DNA of 64,000 bases from Escherichia coli. GTDB lineage: Bacteria > Pseudomonadota > Gammaproteobacteria > Enterobacterales > Enterobacteriaceae. The translations under genes were made by a program, and so were the position numbers. Under the pieces are notes generated by a model, which saw only the letters and a list, made by a program, of their open reading frames with translations, searched no databases and was not told the origin of the DNA. Shown here piece by piece: positions 1-10,760 of this stretch. The stretch is taken from the NCBI RefSeq assembly GCF_001677475.2, contig NZ_CP015229.1, one strand, 5' to 3'. Each line of letters begins with the position of its first letter. Position 1 is the stretch's first letter.

Positions 1-2829
1 AAGGTATTTGATTACCATCTGGATATTCCTGGTGTTCAGACGCAAACCCATACCCTGGCAACCGGTCCGGTTAATGACCTTGAACTGGCCCTGTTCCCGG
101 ATGAACACGGTGATTTGAGTATTGAAATCCTCGCCAATAAACAGCGTTACGCTGAGCCAACGTTAATCCAGCATGCTGAACGCCTGAAAATGCTGATCGC
201 CCAGTTTGCCGCGGATCCGGCGCTGTTGTGCGGCGATGTCGATATTATGCTGCCAGGTGAGTATGCGCAGCTGGCGCAGATCAACGCCACTCAGGTTGAG
301 ATTCCAGAAACCACGCTGAGCGCGCTGGTGGCAGAACAAGCGGCAAAAACACCGGATGCTCCGGCGCTGGTTGATGCGAGTTACCAGTTTAGCTATCGGG
401 AAATGCGCGAGCAGGTGGTGGCGCTGGCGAATCTGCTGCGTGAGCGCGGCGTTAAACCGGGGGACAGCGTGGCGGTGGCACTACCGCGCTCGGTCTTTTT
501 GACCCTGGCGCTACATGCGATAGTTGAAGCTGGCGCGGCCTGGCTACCGCTGGATACCGGCTATCCGGACGATCGCCTGAAAATGATGCTGGAAGATGCG
601 CGTCCGTCGCTGTTAATCACCACCGACGATCAACTGCCGCGCTTTGCCGATGTTCCAGATTTAACCAACCTTTGCTATAACGCCCCGCTTACACCGCAGG
701 GCAGTGCGCCGCTGCAACTTTCACAACCGCATCACACGGCTTATATCATCTTTACCTCTGGCTCCACCGGCAGGCCGAAAGGGGTAATGGTCGGGCAGAC
801 GGCTATCGTTAACCGCCTGTTGTGGATGCAAAATCATTATCCGCTTACAGGCGAAGATGTCGTTGCCCAAAAAACGCCGTGCAGTTTTGATGTCTCGGTG
901 TGGGAGTTTTTCTGGCCGTTTATTGCCGGGGCTAAACTGGTGATGGCTGAACCGGAAGCGCACCGCGACCCGCTCGCTATGCAGCAATTCTTTGCCGAAT
1001 ATGGCGTAACGACCACGCACTTTGTTCCCTCAATGCTGGCGGCATTTGTTGCATCGCTGACGCCGCAAACCGCTCGCCAGAGTTGCGTGACGTTGAAACA
1101 GGTTTTCTGTAGTGGTGAGGCCTTACCGGCTGATTTATGCCGCGAATGGCAACAGTTAACCAGCGTGCCGTTGCATAATCTATATGGCCCAACGGAAGCG
1201 GCGGTAGATGTCAGCTGGTATCCGGCTTTTGGCGAGGAACTGGCACAGGTGCGCGGCAGCAGTGTGCCGATTGGTTATCCGGTATGGAATACGGGTCTGC
1301 GTATTCTTGATGCGATGATGCATCCGGTGCCGCCGGGTGTGGCGGGTGATCTCTATCTCACCGGCATTCAACTGGCGCAGGGGTATCTTGGACGACCCGA
1401 TCTGACCGCCAGCCGTTTTATTGCCGATCCTTTTGCCCCAGGTGAACGGATGTACCGTACCGGAGACGTTGCCCGCTGGCTGGATAACGGCGCGGTGGAG
1501 TACCTCGGGCGCAGTGACGATCAGCTAAAAATTCGCGGGCAGCGTATCGAACTGGGCGAAATCGATCGCGTGATGCAGGCGCTGCCGGATGTCGAACAAG
1601 CCGTTACCCACGCCTGTGTGATTAACCTGGCGGCAGCCACCGGTGGTGATGCGCGTCAGTTGGTGGGCTATCTGGTGTCGCAATCAGGTCTGCCGTTGGA
1701 TACCAGCGCATTACAGGCACAGCTTCGCGAAACATTGCCGCCGCATATGGTGCCGGTCGTTCTGATGCAACTGCCGCAGTTGCCACTTAGCGCCAACGGC
1801 AAGCTGGATCGCAAAGCCTTACCGTTGCCTGAACTGAAGGCACAAGCGCCGGGACGTGCGCCGAAAGCGGGCAGTGAAACGATTATCGCCGCGGCATTCG
1901 CATCGTTGCTGGGTTGTGACGTGCAGGATGCCGATGCTGATTTCTTCACGCTTGGCGGTCACTCGCTACTGGCAATGAAACTGGCAGCGCAGTTAAGTCG
2001 ACAGTTTGCTCGTCAGGTGACGCCGGGGCAGGTGATGGTCGCGTCAACCGTCGCCAAACTGGCAACGATTATTGATGGTGAAGAAGACAGCTCCCGGCGC
2101 ATGGGATTCGAAACCATTCTGCCGTTGCGTGAAGGTAATGGCCCGACGCTGTTTTGTTTCCATCCGGCGTCCGGTTTTGCCTGGCAGTTTAGTGTGCTCT
2201 CGCGTTATCTCGATCCACAATGGTCGATTATTGGCATTCAGTCGCCGCGCCCTCATGGACCCATGCAGACAGCGACAAACCTGGATGAAGTCTGCGAAGC
2301 GCATCTGGCAACGCTACTTGAGCAACAACCGCACGGTCCTTATTACCTGCTGGGGTATTCCCTTGGCGGTACGCTGGCGCAGGGTATTGCGGCGCGACTG
2401 CGTGCCCGTGGCGAACAGGTGGTATTTCTTGGCTTGCTGGATACCTGGCCGCCAGAAACGCAAAACTGGCAGGAAAAAGAGGCTAATGCTCTGGACCCGG
2501 AAGTGCTGGCGGAGATTAACCGCGAACGCGAGGCCTTCCTGGCGGCACAGCAGGGAAGTACTTCAACGGAGTTGTTTACCACCATTGAAGGCAACTACGC
2601 TGATGCTGTGCGCCTGCTGACGACTGCTCATAGCGTACCGTTTGACGGTAAAGCGACGCTGTTTGTTGCTGAACGCACGCTTCAGGAAGGTATGAGTCCC
2701 GAACGCGCCTGGTCGCCGTGGATAGCGGAGCTGGATATCTATCGTCAGGATTGTGCGCATGTGGATATTATCTCTCCAGGGGCGTTTGAAAAAATTGGGC
2801 CGATTATTCGCACTACGCTAAACAGGTAA
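1..2829 (+). CDS. entF: Enterobactin NRPS component F, 3' portion (5' end lies outside the window)
   Basis: Frame is open from base 1 to the stop at 2829. Translation shows adenylation core FTSGSTGRPKG, carrier-domain serine motif FFTLGGHSLLAMKL and thioesterase GYSLGG. Followed by fepE/fepCGD. Confidence 0.95.
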   Translation, partial: KVFDYHLDIPGVQTQTHTLATGPVNDLELALFPDEHGDLSIEILANKQRYAEPTLIQHAERLKMLIAQFAADPALLCGDVDIMLPGEYAQLAQINATQVEIPETTLSALVAEQAAKTPDAPALVDASYQFSYREMREQVVALANLLRERGVKPGDSVAVALPRSVFLTLALHAIVEAGAAWLPLDTGYPDDRLKMMLEDARPSLLITTDDQLPRFADVPDLTNLCYNAPLTPQGSAPLQLSQPHHTAYIIFTSGSTGRPKGVMVGQTAIVNRLLWMQNHYPLTGEDVVAQKTPCSFDVSVWEFFWPFIAGAKLVMAEPEAHRDPLAMQQFFAEYGVTTTHFVPSMLAAFVASLTPQTARQSCVTLKQVFCSGEALPADLCREWQQLTSVPLHNLYGPTEAAVDVSWYPAFGEELAQVRGSSVPIGYPVWNTGLRILDAMMHPVPPGVAGDLYLTGIQLAQGYLGRPDLTASRFIADPFAPGERMYRTGDVARWLDNGAVEYLGRSDDQLKIRGQRIELGEIDRVMQALPDVEQAVTHACVINLAAATGGDARQLVGYLVSQSGLPLDTSALQAQLRETLPPHMVPVVLMQLPQLPLSANGKLDRKALPLPELKAQAPGRAPKAGSETIIAAAFASLLGCDVQDADADFFTLGGHSLLAMKLAAQLSRQFARQVTPGQVMVASTVAKLATIIDGEEDSSRRMGFETILPLREGNGPTLFCFHPASGFAWQFSVLSRYLDPQWSIIGIQSPRPHGPMQTATNLDEVCEAHLATLLEQQPHGPYYLLGYSLGGTLAQGIAARLRARGEQVVFLGLLDTWPPETQNWQEKEANALDPEVLAEINREREAFLAAQQGSTSTELFTTIEGNYADAVRLLTTAHSVPFDGKATLFVAERTLQEGMSPERAWSPWIAELDIYRQDCAHVDIISPGAFEKIGPIIRTTLNR

Positions 2830-2844
2830 ATTAATATTATCTAT

Positions 2845-2890
2845 AAACCCATAATTACAGAAAATAATTATGGGTTTGTTATTTATTTTA
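2845..2890 (+). terminator. Intrinsic terminator downstream of entF
   Basis: Perfect 13-bp inverted repeat aaacccataatta / taattatgggttt with 7-nt loop, followed by a T-rich tract. Confidence 0.6.
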
Positions 2891-3044
2891 TTTATAAGTT
2901 TAGTGGTTATTTCTCTTAAATAGAATGAATGTTGCATTCAGTGGAAGGAATTTACAAACTTCAGCTTCGGATAATTCTCACCAACTGGTAAAGTGAGCGC
3001 CGTGGAGATTTTCCCCTATTGGACTCATTTTCAGGTTATACCCC

Positions 3045-4178
3045 ATGTCATCACTGAATATTAAACAGGGAAGTGACGCTCATTTTCCTGAGTATCCTCT
3101 GGCGTCGCCCAGTAATAATGAAATTGATTTACTTAATCTAATCGAAGTTTTATGGCGGGCCAAAAAAACGGTCATGGCGGTCGTTTTTGCATTTGCCTGC
3201 GCAGGTTTACTGATCTCTTTCATCCTGCCGCAAAAATGGACCAGCTCAGCCGTTATTACTCCCGCCGAAGCCATTCAGTGGCAGGACCTGGAGAAAACCT
3301 TTACCAAACTCCGCGTTCTTGATCTCGATGTTAATATCGACCGTGGCGGTGCATTTAACCTGTTTATCAAGAAGTTTCAGTCGGTTAGCTTGCTGGAAGA
3401 GTACCTACGTTCATCACCTTATGTGATGGACCAATTAAAAGAGGCGAAAATCGACGAACTGGATTTGCATCGCGCAATTGTCGCATTGAGCGAAAAAATG
3501 AAAGCGGTTGATGACAATGCCAGTAAGAAAAAAGATGAACCGTCACTGTATACCTCCTGGACGCTAACTTTTACCGCACCAACCAGTGAAGAAGCGAAGA
3601 CCGTTTTGAGCGGGTATATCGATTATATCTCTGCGTTGGTGGTGAAAGAGTCGATAGAAAACGTCCGTAATAAACTGGAGATCAAAACCCAGTTTGAAAA
3701 AGAAAAACTGGCTCAGGATCGCATTAAAACGAAAAATCAACTTGATGCAAACATTCAGCGCCTCAATTATTCACTCGACATTGCCAACGCGGCAGGAATT
3801 AAAAAGCCCGTATACAGTAATGGTCAGGCCGTTAAAGATGACCCCGATTTCTCTATTTCTCTCGGCGCAGACGGTATTGAACGCAAACTGGAAATTGAAA
3901 AAGCGGTCACTGACGTTGCGGAACTGAACGGTGAATTACGTAATCGTCAGTATCTTGTTGAGCAGTTAACAAAAGCAAATATCAACGATGTGAATTTTAC
4001 GCCATTTAAATATCAGTTAAGCCCGTCATTGCCAGTGAAAAAAGACGGTCCGGGTAAGGCGATTATTGTGATCCTTTCCGCGTTGATCGGCGGAATGGTG
4101 GCTTGTGGTGGCGTGCTGTTGCGCCATGCGATGGCATCCAGAAAACAGGATGCCATGATGGCAGACCACTTAGTTTAA
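3045..4178 (+). CDS. fepE: Polysaccharide co-polymerase (Wzz-like chain-length regulator)
   Basis: 377-aa ORF with N- and C-terminal hydrophobic segments flanking a long coiled periplasmic region; position between entF and fepC. Confidence 0.9.
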   Translation: MSSLNIKQGSDAHFPEYPLASPSNNEIDLLNLIEVLWRAKKTVMAVVFAFACAGLLISFILPQKWTSSAVITPAEAIQWQDLEKTFTKLRVLDLDVNIDRGGAFNLFIKKFQSVSLLEEYLRSSPYVMDQLKEAKIDELDLHRAIVALSEKMKAVDDNASKKKDEPSLYTSWTLTFTAPTSEEAKTVLSGYIDYISALVVKESIENVRNKLEIKTQFEKEKLAQDRIKTKNQLDANIQRLNYSLDIANAAGIKKPVYSNGQAVKDDPDFSISLGADGIERKLEIEKAVTDVAELNGELRNRQYLVEQLTKANINDVNFTPFKYQLSPSLPVKKDGPGKAIIVILSALIGGMVACGGVLLRHAMASRKQDAMMADHLV

Positions 4179-4990
4179 ATATTTGCGGTTGAAGGTGCCG
4201 TTCGTCCGAGCGGCACCACGAGCGGCGTTCCGGCTACCGGATCGTCAATTATCATGCAGCGCAGACCATAAATGCGCTCGATCAATTCAGCAGTGACAAT
4301 CTCCTTCGGCGCTCCCTGAGCAATAATTTTCCCTTCCCGCAATGCAATCAAATGGCTGGCGTAACGACAGGCCTGGTTAAGATCGTGCAGCACTGCCGCC
4401 AGGGTATAGCCTTTCTCACGGTTCAGTTCGCTCAACAGTTCCAGTAGATCAATCTGATGACTGATATCCAGCCAGGTCGTTGGTTCGTCGAGCAGCATAA
4501 TTGCCGTTTCCTGGGCCAGCACCATCGCGATCCACGCTCGCTGGCGTTGTCCACCAGAAAGGGTATCCACGCTTTGATTTGCCAGATGAGTTATTCCCGT
4601 GGCCTGCATCGCTTTCGTTACCGCTTCTTCATCTTCTTTGCGCCAGCGGGTAAACAGCGGTTGATGCGGGTAACGTCCACGCGCCACCAGCTCCTGCACG
4701 GTGATATCGCCCGGCGTGGTAGCATTTTGCGCCAACAGACCAATCCGGCGTGCAACCTCTTTACTGGCGTAATGTTGAATGTGCTCACCATCCAGCCAGA
4801 CATGCCCGTGAGCAGGCGTCATCAGGCGGCTTAAAGTACGCAGTAAAGTGGATTTACCGCAGCCATTTGGCCCGATAATTGCCGTGAAGTGACCATCAGG
4901 TATTTCTACAGTCAGATTTTCCGCAACGGTATATTTGCCATATCCGAGGGTTAACTGTTCGCCGCGCAAACGGGCTACTGATTCGGTCAT
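4175..4990 (-). CDS. fepC: Ferric enterobactin ABC transporter ATP-binding protein
   Basis: ORF-track frame trimmed to internal ATG (MTESV...). Walker A GPNGCGKST, ABC signature LSGGQRQR, Walker B LLDEPT. ATGA overlap with fepG. Confidence 0.93.
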   Translation of the reverse strand: MTESVARLRGEQLTLGYGKYTVAENLTVEIPDGHFTAIIGPNGCGKSTLLRTLSRLMTPAHGHVWLDGEHIQHYASKEVARRIGLLAQNATTPGDITVQELVARGRYPHQPLFTRWRKEDEEAVTKAMQATGITHLANQSVDTLSGGQRQRAWIAMVLAQETAIMLLDEPTTWLDISHQIDLLELLSELNREKGYTLAAVLHDLNQACRYASHLIALREGKIIAQGAPKEIVTAELIERIYGLRCMIIDDPVAGTPLVVPLGRTAPSTANI

Positions 4991-5979
4991 TTTTTGCGAG
5001 ACTCCTGAATTAACAAGACGATAAGGTAAATACCGCCGAGGCTGACGGTAACGACGCCAACCGGAAGTTGATACGGCATAAACAGTTGTTGGGCGCAGAG
5101 ATCGGCCGCCAGCAGTAACAGCGCCCCGCACAGCGCCGCCTGGGTCAGCCCCCAGCGAGCGGTGCCGCTAATGCGTCGGGCAATGTGCGGCGCGACTAAA
5201 GCAATAAAGGAAATCGGCCCGGCAAGCGCTGTTGCCGCAGCGGTAAGCACCACTGCAACCAGCATCATTAATAGACGCGAACGTTCGACGCTGACGCCCA
5301 GCGCACACGCGGTATCATCGCCCATCTCCAGCAAGCGCATTCGCCGCACCAGTAAGGCGGCGGCAATGAGCATCAATATAATGATGGGGGCGGAAGGCGA
5401 GGTTTTTGCCCACGTCAGGCCGTTGAGCGATCCGGCATTCCACAAACCTGCTGTTAGCGCCGTTTCTAAAGACGCTTTCAGCAACAGCCAGGTATTAAAG
5501 GCCACCAGCATGGCGCGAACACCGATACCGATAATAATCAACCGAAAGGTGTCGATGCCGTTACGCCAGGCGAGCAGCCAGACCAACAGCGAAGTGACAA
5601 TGCCGCCCATCATTGCTGCCAGCGCGATAGCCGTCAGGTCCTGACCAAACAGCACCATCGCCACCAGCACGCCGCTCCACGCCCCGGTGTTAAAACCCAT
5701 TACGTCAGGGCTGCCGAGCGGGTTACGCATCAGCGACTGAAAAATCGCGCCGCTGACGCCCAGCGCCGCGCCAATCAACAGCGCCATCAGCACGCGTGGT
5801 AAACGCCATTCGGTGACCACCATCGTCATACTGCGCGGCGCATCGCCCATCAGCGCGGCGAATACCTGCGAGGTTTCCAGCGTGACGGCACCGCTGCGTA
5901 ATCCCCAGATACCTGCAACCACACAGGCGGAAATCAGCAGCAAACAGGTGATGAGTAATCGGCGAGAGACGTAAATCAT
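4987..5979 (-). CDS. fepG: Ferric enterobactin ABC transporter permease
   Basis: 330-aa polytopic membrane ORF of the FecCD permease type; 4-nt overlaps with fepC and fepD. Confidence 0.93.
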   Translation of the reverse strand: MIYVSRRLLITCLLLISACVVAGIWGLRSGAVTLETSQVFAALMGDAPRSMTMVVTEWRLPRVLMALLIGAALGVSGAIFQSLMRNPLGSPDVMGFNTGAWSGVLVAMVLFGQDLTAIALAAMMGGIVTSLLVWLLAWRNGIDTFRLIIIGIGVRAMLVAFNTWLLLKASLETALTAGLWNAGSLNGLTWAKTSPSAPIIILMLIAAALLVRRMRLLEMGDDTACALGVSVERSRLLMMLVAVVLTAAATALAGPISFIALVAPHIARRISGTARWGLTQAALCGALLLLAADLCAQQLFMPYQLPVGVVTVSLGGIYLIVLLIQESRKK

Positions 5980-6980
5980 GCACCACCTCGCGTTTTACGT
6001 CGCACGAGGAAGATTAGCACCGGTGCACCAATAAACGCACTGACCACAGAAACGCGCAACTCGCCGGGCACAATCACCCGCCCGATGATATCGGCAAACA
6101 GCAGCAGGGCAGGGGTGGCGAGTAGCGTGACGGGCAGCGACCAGCGATGATCGGCACCCACCAGCCAACGCGCCATATGCGGCATCATCAGGCCAATAAA
6201 GGCAATCGGGCCAACTACCGCTGTCGCACTACCACAAAGCACGGTAATCGCCAGCAGACCAATTAACTGTGTGCGCGCCACGCGACTGCCCAGCGCCGTC
6301 GCGGTGTCGCTGCCGAGGCTTAAACTGTTCAGTGCGCGGCTCAGTAATAGCGCGGTTGCTCCGGCGACCAGCACCGGGATCAGCACCACTTTTAAGGTAT
6401 GTAGATTGCGAATATCCAGCGAACCGGCTTGCCAGAAACGTAGTTGATCGTAGACGTCAGGATTAAGCAGGGCGATGCCGCTGGTCAGCCCTTCCAGCAC
6501 CGCCGCCAGCGCCACGCCCGCCAGGGTTAAACGCACCGGACTTAACTGCCCGCCGCCCTGGCTGCCGGTAAAGGCAACAATCAACGAGGCCACCAGCGCC
6601 CCGGCGAAGGCCATCGCCAGTTGTTCCTGTGCGGAAGAGTAACCAAACAGCGCCGCACCCAGCACAATGGCAAAGCTGGCTCCGGCGTTCACGCCAAGCA
6701 AGCCGGGGTCGGCAAGTGGATTTCGGGTGAGGGTTTGCATCAACGCCCCGGCAAGGCCAAGCGCGCCGCCTGCAAGTAAACCGGCAAGGGTGCGCGGCAG
6801 TCGCGCGTCGAGCACGATGGTGCAGTCGGCGCTCTGACAGGTGCCGGAGAGGGCCTCCAGCACTACGGAAGCGGGGAGTGATTTTGCCCCAATGAGCAGG
6901 CTTAATGCCGTCGCGATAATCAGTAATAACAGCAATCCGGGCACGGCAATGGCGCGTGTCACGGCAACAGAACCAGACAT
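5976..6980 (-). CDS. fepD: Ferric enterobactin ABC transporter permease
   Basis: ORF-track frame trimmed to second ATG (MSGSVAV...), which has GGAAG 5 nt upstream. The first ATG directly abuts the Fur box. Confidence 0.9.
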   Translation of the reverse strand: MSGSVAVTRAIAVPGLLLLLIIATALSLLIGAKSLPASVVLEALSGTCQSADCTIVLDARLPRTLAGLLAGGALGLAGALMQTLTRNPLADPGLLGVNAGASFAIVLGAALFGYSSAQEQLAMAFAGALVASLIVAFTGSQGGGQLSPVRLTLAGVALAAVLEGLTSGIALLNPDVYDQLRFWQAGSLDIRNLHTLKVVLIPVLVAGATALLLSRALNSLSLGSDTATALGSRVARTQLIGLLAITVLCGSATAVVGPIAFIGLMMPHMARWLVGADHRWSLPVTLLATPALLLFADIIGRVIVPGELRVSVVSAFIGAPVLIFLVRRKTRGGA

Positions 6981-6992
6981 ACGAACTTCCAT

Positions 6993-7011
6993 GATAATGA
7001 AATTAATTATC
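6993..7011. promoter_or_regulatory. Fur box in the divergent fepD / entS promoter region
   Basis: gataatgaaattaattatc is a close match to the Fur consensus GATAATGATAATCATTATC; lies between divergent iron-uptake genes. Confidence 0.7.
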
Positions 7012-7090
7012 GTTATCGATCTTATTTGGATATGTTAGCATGTGCAGCCTAAGAATAGGTATTTAAAATATTTGATGGCAAGGCATTGTA

Positions 7091-8341
7091 ATGAATAAAC
7101 AATCCTGGCTGCTTAACCTCAGCCTGTTGAAAACGCACCCGGCGTTTCGCGCAGTATTCCTCGCTCGTTTTATCTCAATTGTGTCTCTGGGTTTGCTCGG
7201 CGTCGCGGTACCGGTGCAGATCCAGATGATGACGCATTCTACCTGGCAGGTGGGGCTTTCGGTGACGCTGACCGGCGGCGCGATGTTTGTTGGCCTGATG
7301 GTCGGCGGTGTGCTGGCGGATCGCTATGAGCGCAAAAAAGTGATTTTACTGGCGCGCGGCACCTGTGGCATTGGCTTCATTGGACTGTGCCTGAATGCGC
7401 TGCTGCCGGAGCCGTCATTGCTGGCAATCTATTCACTCGGTTTATGGGATGGTTTTTTCGCATCGCTTGGCGTTACGGCGCTACTGGCGGCGACACCTGC
7501 ACTGGTAGGGCGTGAAAACCTAATGCAGGCCGGGGCGATCACCATGTTGACCGTGCGTCTGGGATCGGTGATTTCGCCCATGATTGGCGGTTTACTGCTG
7601 GCGACTGGCGGCATAGCCTGGAACTACGGGCTGGCGGCGGCGGGCACGTTTATTACCTTGCTACCGTTGTTAAGCCTTCCGGCGTTGCCACCGCCACCGC
7701 AGCCGCGTGAGCATCCGTTGAAATCATTACTGGCAGGATTTCGTTTTCTGCTCGCCAGCCCGCTGGTAGGAGGGATTGCGCTGCTGGGTGGTTTATTGAC
7801 GATGGCGAGCGCGGTGCGGGTACTGTATCCGGCGCTGGCTGACAACTGGCAGATGTCGGCGGCACAGATTGGTTTTCTCTATGCGGCGATCCCGCTCGGT
7901 GCGGCTATTGGCGCGTTAACCAGCGGGAAGCTGGCACATAGCGCGCGACCAGGGTTATTGATGTTGCTCTCCACGCTGGGATCGTTCCTCGCCATTGGTC
8001 TGTTTGGCCTGATGCCGATGTGGATTTTAGGCGTGGTTTGTCTGGCGCTGTTCGGCTGGCTGAGCGCGGTTAGTTCGTTGCTGCAATATACAATGCTGCA
8101 AACGCAAACCCCGGAAGCGATGTTAGGGCGGATTAACGGTTTGTGGACGGCGCAAAATGTGACGGGAGATGCCATAGGCGCGGCGCTGCTGGGCGGTTTG
8201 GGAGCGATGATGACACCGGTTGCTTCCGCAAGCGCGAGCGGTTTTGGTTTGTTGATTATCGGCGTGTTGTTGTTGCTGGTGCTGGTGGAGTTGCGACGTT
8301 TTCGCCAGACGCCGCCGCAGGTGACAGCGTCCGACAGTTAG
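7091..8341 (+). CDS. entS: Enterobactin exporter, MFS family
   Basis: 416-aa ORF with about 12 hydrophobic segments; divergent from fepD behind a Fur box. Confidence 0.93.
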   Translation: MNKQSWLLNLSLLKTHPAFRAVFLARFISIVSLGLLGVAVPVQIQMMTHSTWQVGLSVTLTGGAMFVGLMVGGVLADRYERKKVILLARGTCGIGFIGLCLNALLPEPSLLAIYSLGLWDGFFASLGVTALLAATPALVGRENLMQAGAITMLTVRLGSVISPMIGGLLLATGGIAWNYGLAAAGTFITLLPLLSLPALPPPPQPREHPLKSLLAGFRFLLASPLVGGIALLGGLLTMASAVRVLYPALADNWQMSAAQIGFLYAAIPLGAAIGALTSGKLAHSARPGLLMLLSTLGSFLAIGLFGLMPMWILGVVCLALFGWLSAVSSLLQYTMLQTQTPEAMLGRINGLWTAQNVTGDAIGAALLGGLGAMMTPVASASASGFGLLIIGVLLLLVLVELRRFRQTPPQVTASDS

Positions 8342-8353
8342 CTAAAGGTGCAT

Positions 8354-8396
8354 TTTCCCCTCACCCTAACCCTCTCCCCAAAGGGGCGAGGGGACT
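8354..8396. repeat. GC-rich palindromic intergenic element, copy 1
   Basis: cccctcaccctaaccctctcccc aaa ggggcgaggggac; the same 23-nt core recurs at 16753-16775. Sits between convergent entS and fepB, so a likely bidirectional terminator hairpin. Confidence 0.6.
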
Positions 8397-8421
8397 GTTA
8401 GTGCTCTAATTTTATGTTTTA

Positions 8422-9387
8422 TCAATCTTTTTTAAACAGTGAATTAAGTCTGTCCAGCACTTGCATGGCGCTGTAGTAATCCAGGCGGAACGTCTCGGTT
8501 CCCAGCGCATAAACCTGCTTGTTTTGTACTGCGGGCAGGTGTGCGAGCAGCGGATTAGCATAAATAGCATCGGCGTCTTTCTGATCACCGGCGAACAGGA
8601 ATAGTGACTCGCCATTTAACCCTGCAGCCAGATTTTCCCCACCAAGCTGAATGATGTCATGGCGTTTGCCCTGGCTTTGGCTGGCGTTTAAGCCTGCGGG
8701 CAACTTCGCCAGCGTAAAGCCGAGTTGTTCCAGCATCTGCCCTTGTGCTGATTCCGGCGTCCAGAGATTGGCACTGTGTGCAGCGGCAGTATAGACAATG
8801 GCAGTGATCGGCTGCGGCGGTAATTTGATTTGCTCTTTCGCCGCTGCCAGTTGCTTATCAAACTGTGCAATCCGCTTTGCCGCTTGTTTCTCATGCCCGG
8901 TAATTTCGCCAAGCTGCGTTAACAGCGACTGCCAGCTTTTGTCGTCGTAATTGATGATTAATGTCGGGGCGATGGTAGAGAGCTGATCATACAGCGCCAG
9001 CGCCGAATCACCGCCGGTTGCGCTAATTAAAATCAGATCCGGCATTTGCGCGGCAACGGCTTCTGCACTCGGTTCGCCGATATAGAGCCGTTGCAGTTTG
9101 CGTTCTGTCGCCACCTTGCTCCACTGGCGTAAAAAGCCCTGGTCATCCGCGACGCGGTTATTTGGCGTGGTCGCGCCGCTGGCGATCACCGGAGCATCAA
9201 TCGCCAGCAGTGAGCCGGTCAAGGTGACGCTGGTGGAAACAATACGCTGCGGCTGGCTTTCCAGGGTATGAGTGCCACGGCTGTCAGTAATCTGACGCGG
9301 CCAGTCGGCAGCCTGAACTACGGCTATTCCTGAAAGCAAAAGTCCTGTTAATAGAAGGGCGTTGCGGTAGAGCGAGGCGAGTCTCAC
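8422..9387 (-). CDS. fepB: Ferric enterobactin periplasmic binding protein
   Basis: 321-codon ORF beginning at GTG (MRLASLYRN...), signal-peptide-like N-terminus; Fur-regulated divergent partner of entC. Confidence 0.9.
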   Translation of the reverse strand: MRLASLYRNALLLTGLLLSGIAVVQAADWPRQITDSRGTHTLESQPQRIVSTSVTLTGSLLAIDAPVIASGATTPNNRVADDQGFLRQWSKVATERKLQRLYIGEPSAEAVAAQMPDLILISATGGDSALALYDQLSTIAPTLIINYDDKSWQSLLTQLGEITGHEKQAAKRIAQFDKQLAAAKEQIKLPPQPITAIVYTAAAHSANLWTPESAQGQMLEQLGFTLAKLPAGLNASQSQGKRHDIIQLGGENLAAGLNGESLFLFAGDQKDADAIYANPLLAHLPAVQNKQVYALGTETFRLDYYSAMQVLDRLNSLFKKD

Positions 9388-9527
9388 AAATCAGCTTCCT
9401 GTTATTAATGAAGTTAATGCTTCTCATTTTCATTGTAACCACAACCAGATGCAACCCCGAGTTGCAGATTGCGTTACCTCAAGAGTTGACATAGTGCGCG
9501 TTTGCTTTTAGGTTAGCGACCGAAAAT

Positions 9528-9546
9528 ATAAATGATAATCATTATT
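9528..9546. promoter_or_regulatory. Fur box in the divergent fepB / entC promoter region
   Basis: Core tgataatcattat (9533-9545) matches the Fur consensus exactly, with partial matches on both flanks. Confidence 0.7.
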
Positions 9547-9575
9547 AAAGCCTTTATCATTTTGTGGAGGATGAT

Positions 9576-10751
9576 ATGGATACGTCACTGGCTGAGGAAG
9601 TACAGCAGACCATGGCAACACTTGCGCCCAATCGCTTTTTCTTTATGTCGCCGTACCGCAGTTTTACGACGTCAGGATGTTTCGCCCGCTTCGATGAACC
9701 GGCTGTGAACGGGGATTCGCCCGACAGTCCCTTTCAGCAAAAACTCGCCGCGCTGTTTGCCGATGCCAAAGCGCAGGGCATCAAAAATCCGGTGATGGTC
9801 GGGGCGATTCCCTTCGATCCACGTCAGCCTTCGTCGCTGTATATTCCTGAATCCTGGCAGTCGTTCTCCCGTCAGGAAAAACAAGCTTCCGCACGCCGCT
9901 TCACCCGCAGCCAGTCGCTGAACGTGGTGGAACGCCAGGCAATTCCGGAACAAACCACGTTTGAACAGATGGTTGCTCGCGCTGCCGCACTTACCGCCAC
10001 GCCGCAGGTCGACAAAGTGGTGTTGTCACGGTTGATTGATATCACCACTGACGCCGCCATTGATAGTGGCGTATTGCTGGAACGGTTGATTGCGCAAAAC
10101 CCGGTTAGTTACAACTTCCATGTCCCGCTGGCTGATGGTGGCGTCCTGCTGGGGGCCAGCCCGGAACTGCTGCTACGTAAAGACGGCGAGCGTTTTAGCT
10201 CCATTCCGTTAGCCGGTTCCGCGCGTCGTCAGCCGGATGAAGTGCTCGATCGCGAAGCGGGTAATCGTCTGCTGGCGTCAGAAAAAGATCGCCATGAACA
10301 TGAACTGGTGACTCAGGCGATGAAAGAGGTACTGCGCGAACGCAGTAGTGAGTTACACGTTCCCTCCTCTCCACAATTGATTACCACGCCGACGCTGTGG
10401 CATCTCGCAACTCCCTTTGAAGGTAAAGCGAATTCGCAAGAAAACGCACTGACTCTGGCCTGTCTGCTGCATCCGACCCCCGCGCTGAGCGGTTTCCCGC
10501 ATCAGGCCGCGACCCAGGTTATTGCTGAACTGGAGCCGTTCGACCGCGAACTGTTTGGAGGCATCGTGGGTTGGTGTGACAGCGAAGGTAACGGCGAATG
10601 GGTGGTGACCATCCGCTGCGCGAAGCTGCGGGAAAATCAGGTGCGTCTGTTTGCCGGAGCGGGGATTGTGCCTGCGTCGTCACCGTTGGGTGAGTGGCGC
10701 GAAACAGGCGTCAAACTTTCTACCATGTTGAACGTTTTTGGATTGCATTAA
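9576..10751 (+). CDS. entC: Isochorismate synthase
   Basis: ORF-track GTG start trimmed to ATG at 9576 (MDTSLAEEV...), which has GGAGG upstream; first gene of entCEBAH. Confidence 0.93.
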
Positions 10752-10760
10752 GGAGCGAGG

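Noticed and set aside
2072-2620. 182-aa ORF in an alternative frame inside entF
   Set aside because: Fully embedded in the entF thioesterase-domain coding region, Arg/Cys-rich and not protein-like; an out-of-frame artefact.
4175-5131. Upstream-extended ORF-track starts, for example the 318-aa fepC frame (also citF 538 aa, citC 381 aa, rnk 187 aa, cspE 97 aa, dsbG 268 aa, leuS 868 aa)
   Set aside because: The extensions begin at GTG/TTG or run into the upstream gene, lack a Shine-Dalgarno sequence and add non-conserved N-terminal residues. Internal ATG codons with ribosome-binding sites give the canonical protein lengths.
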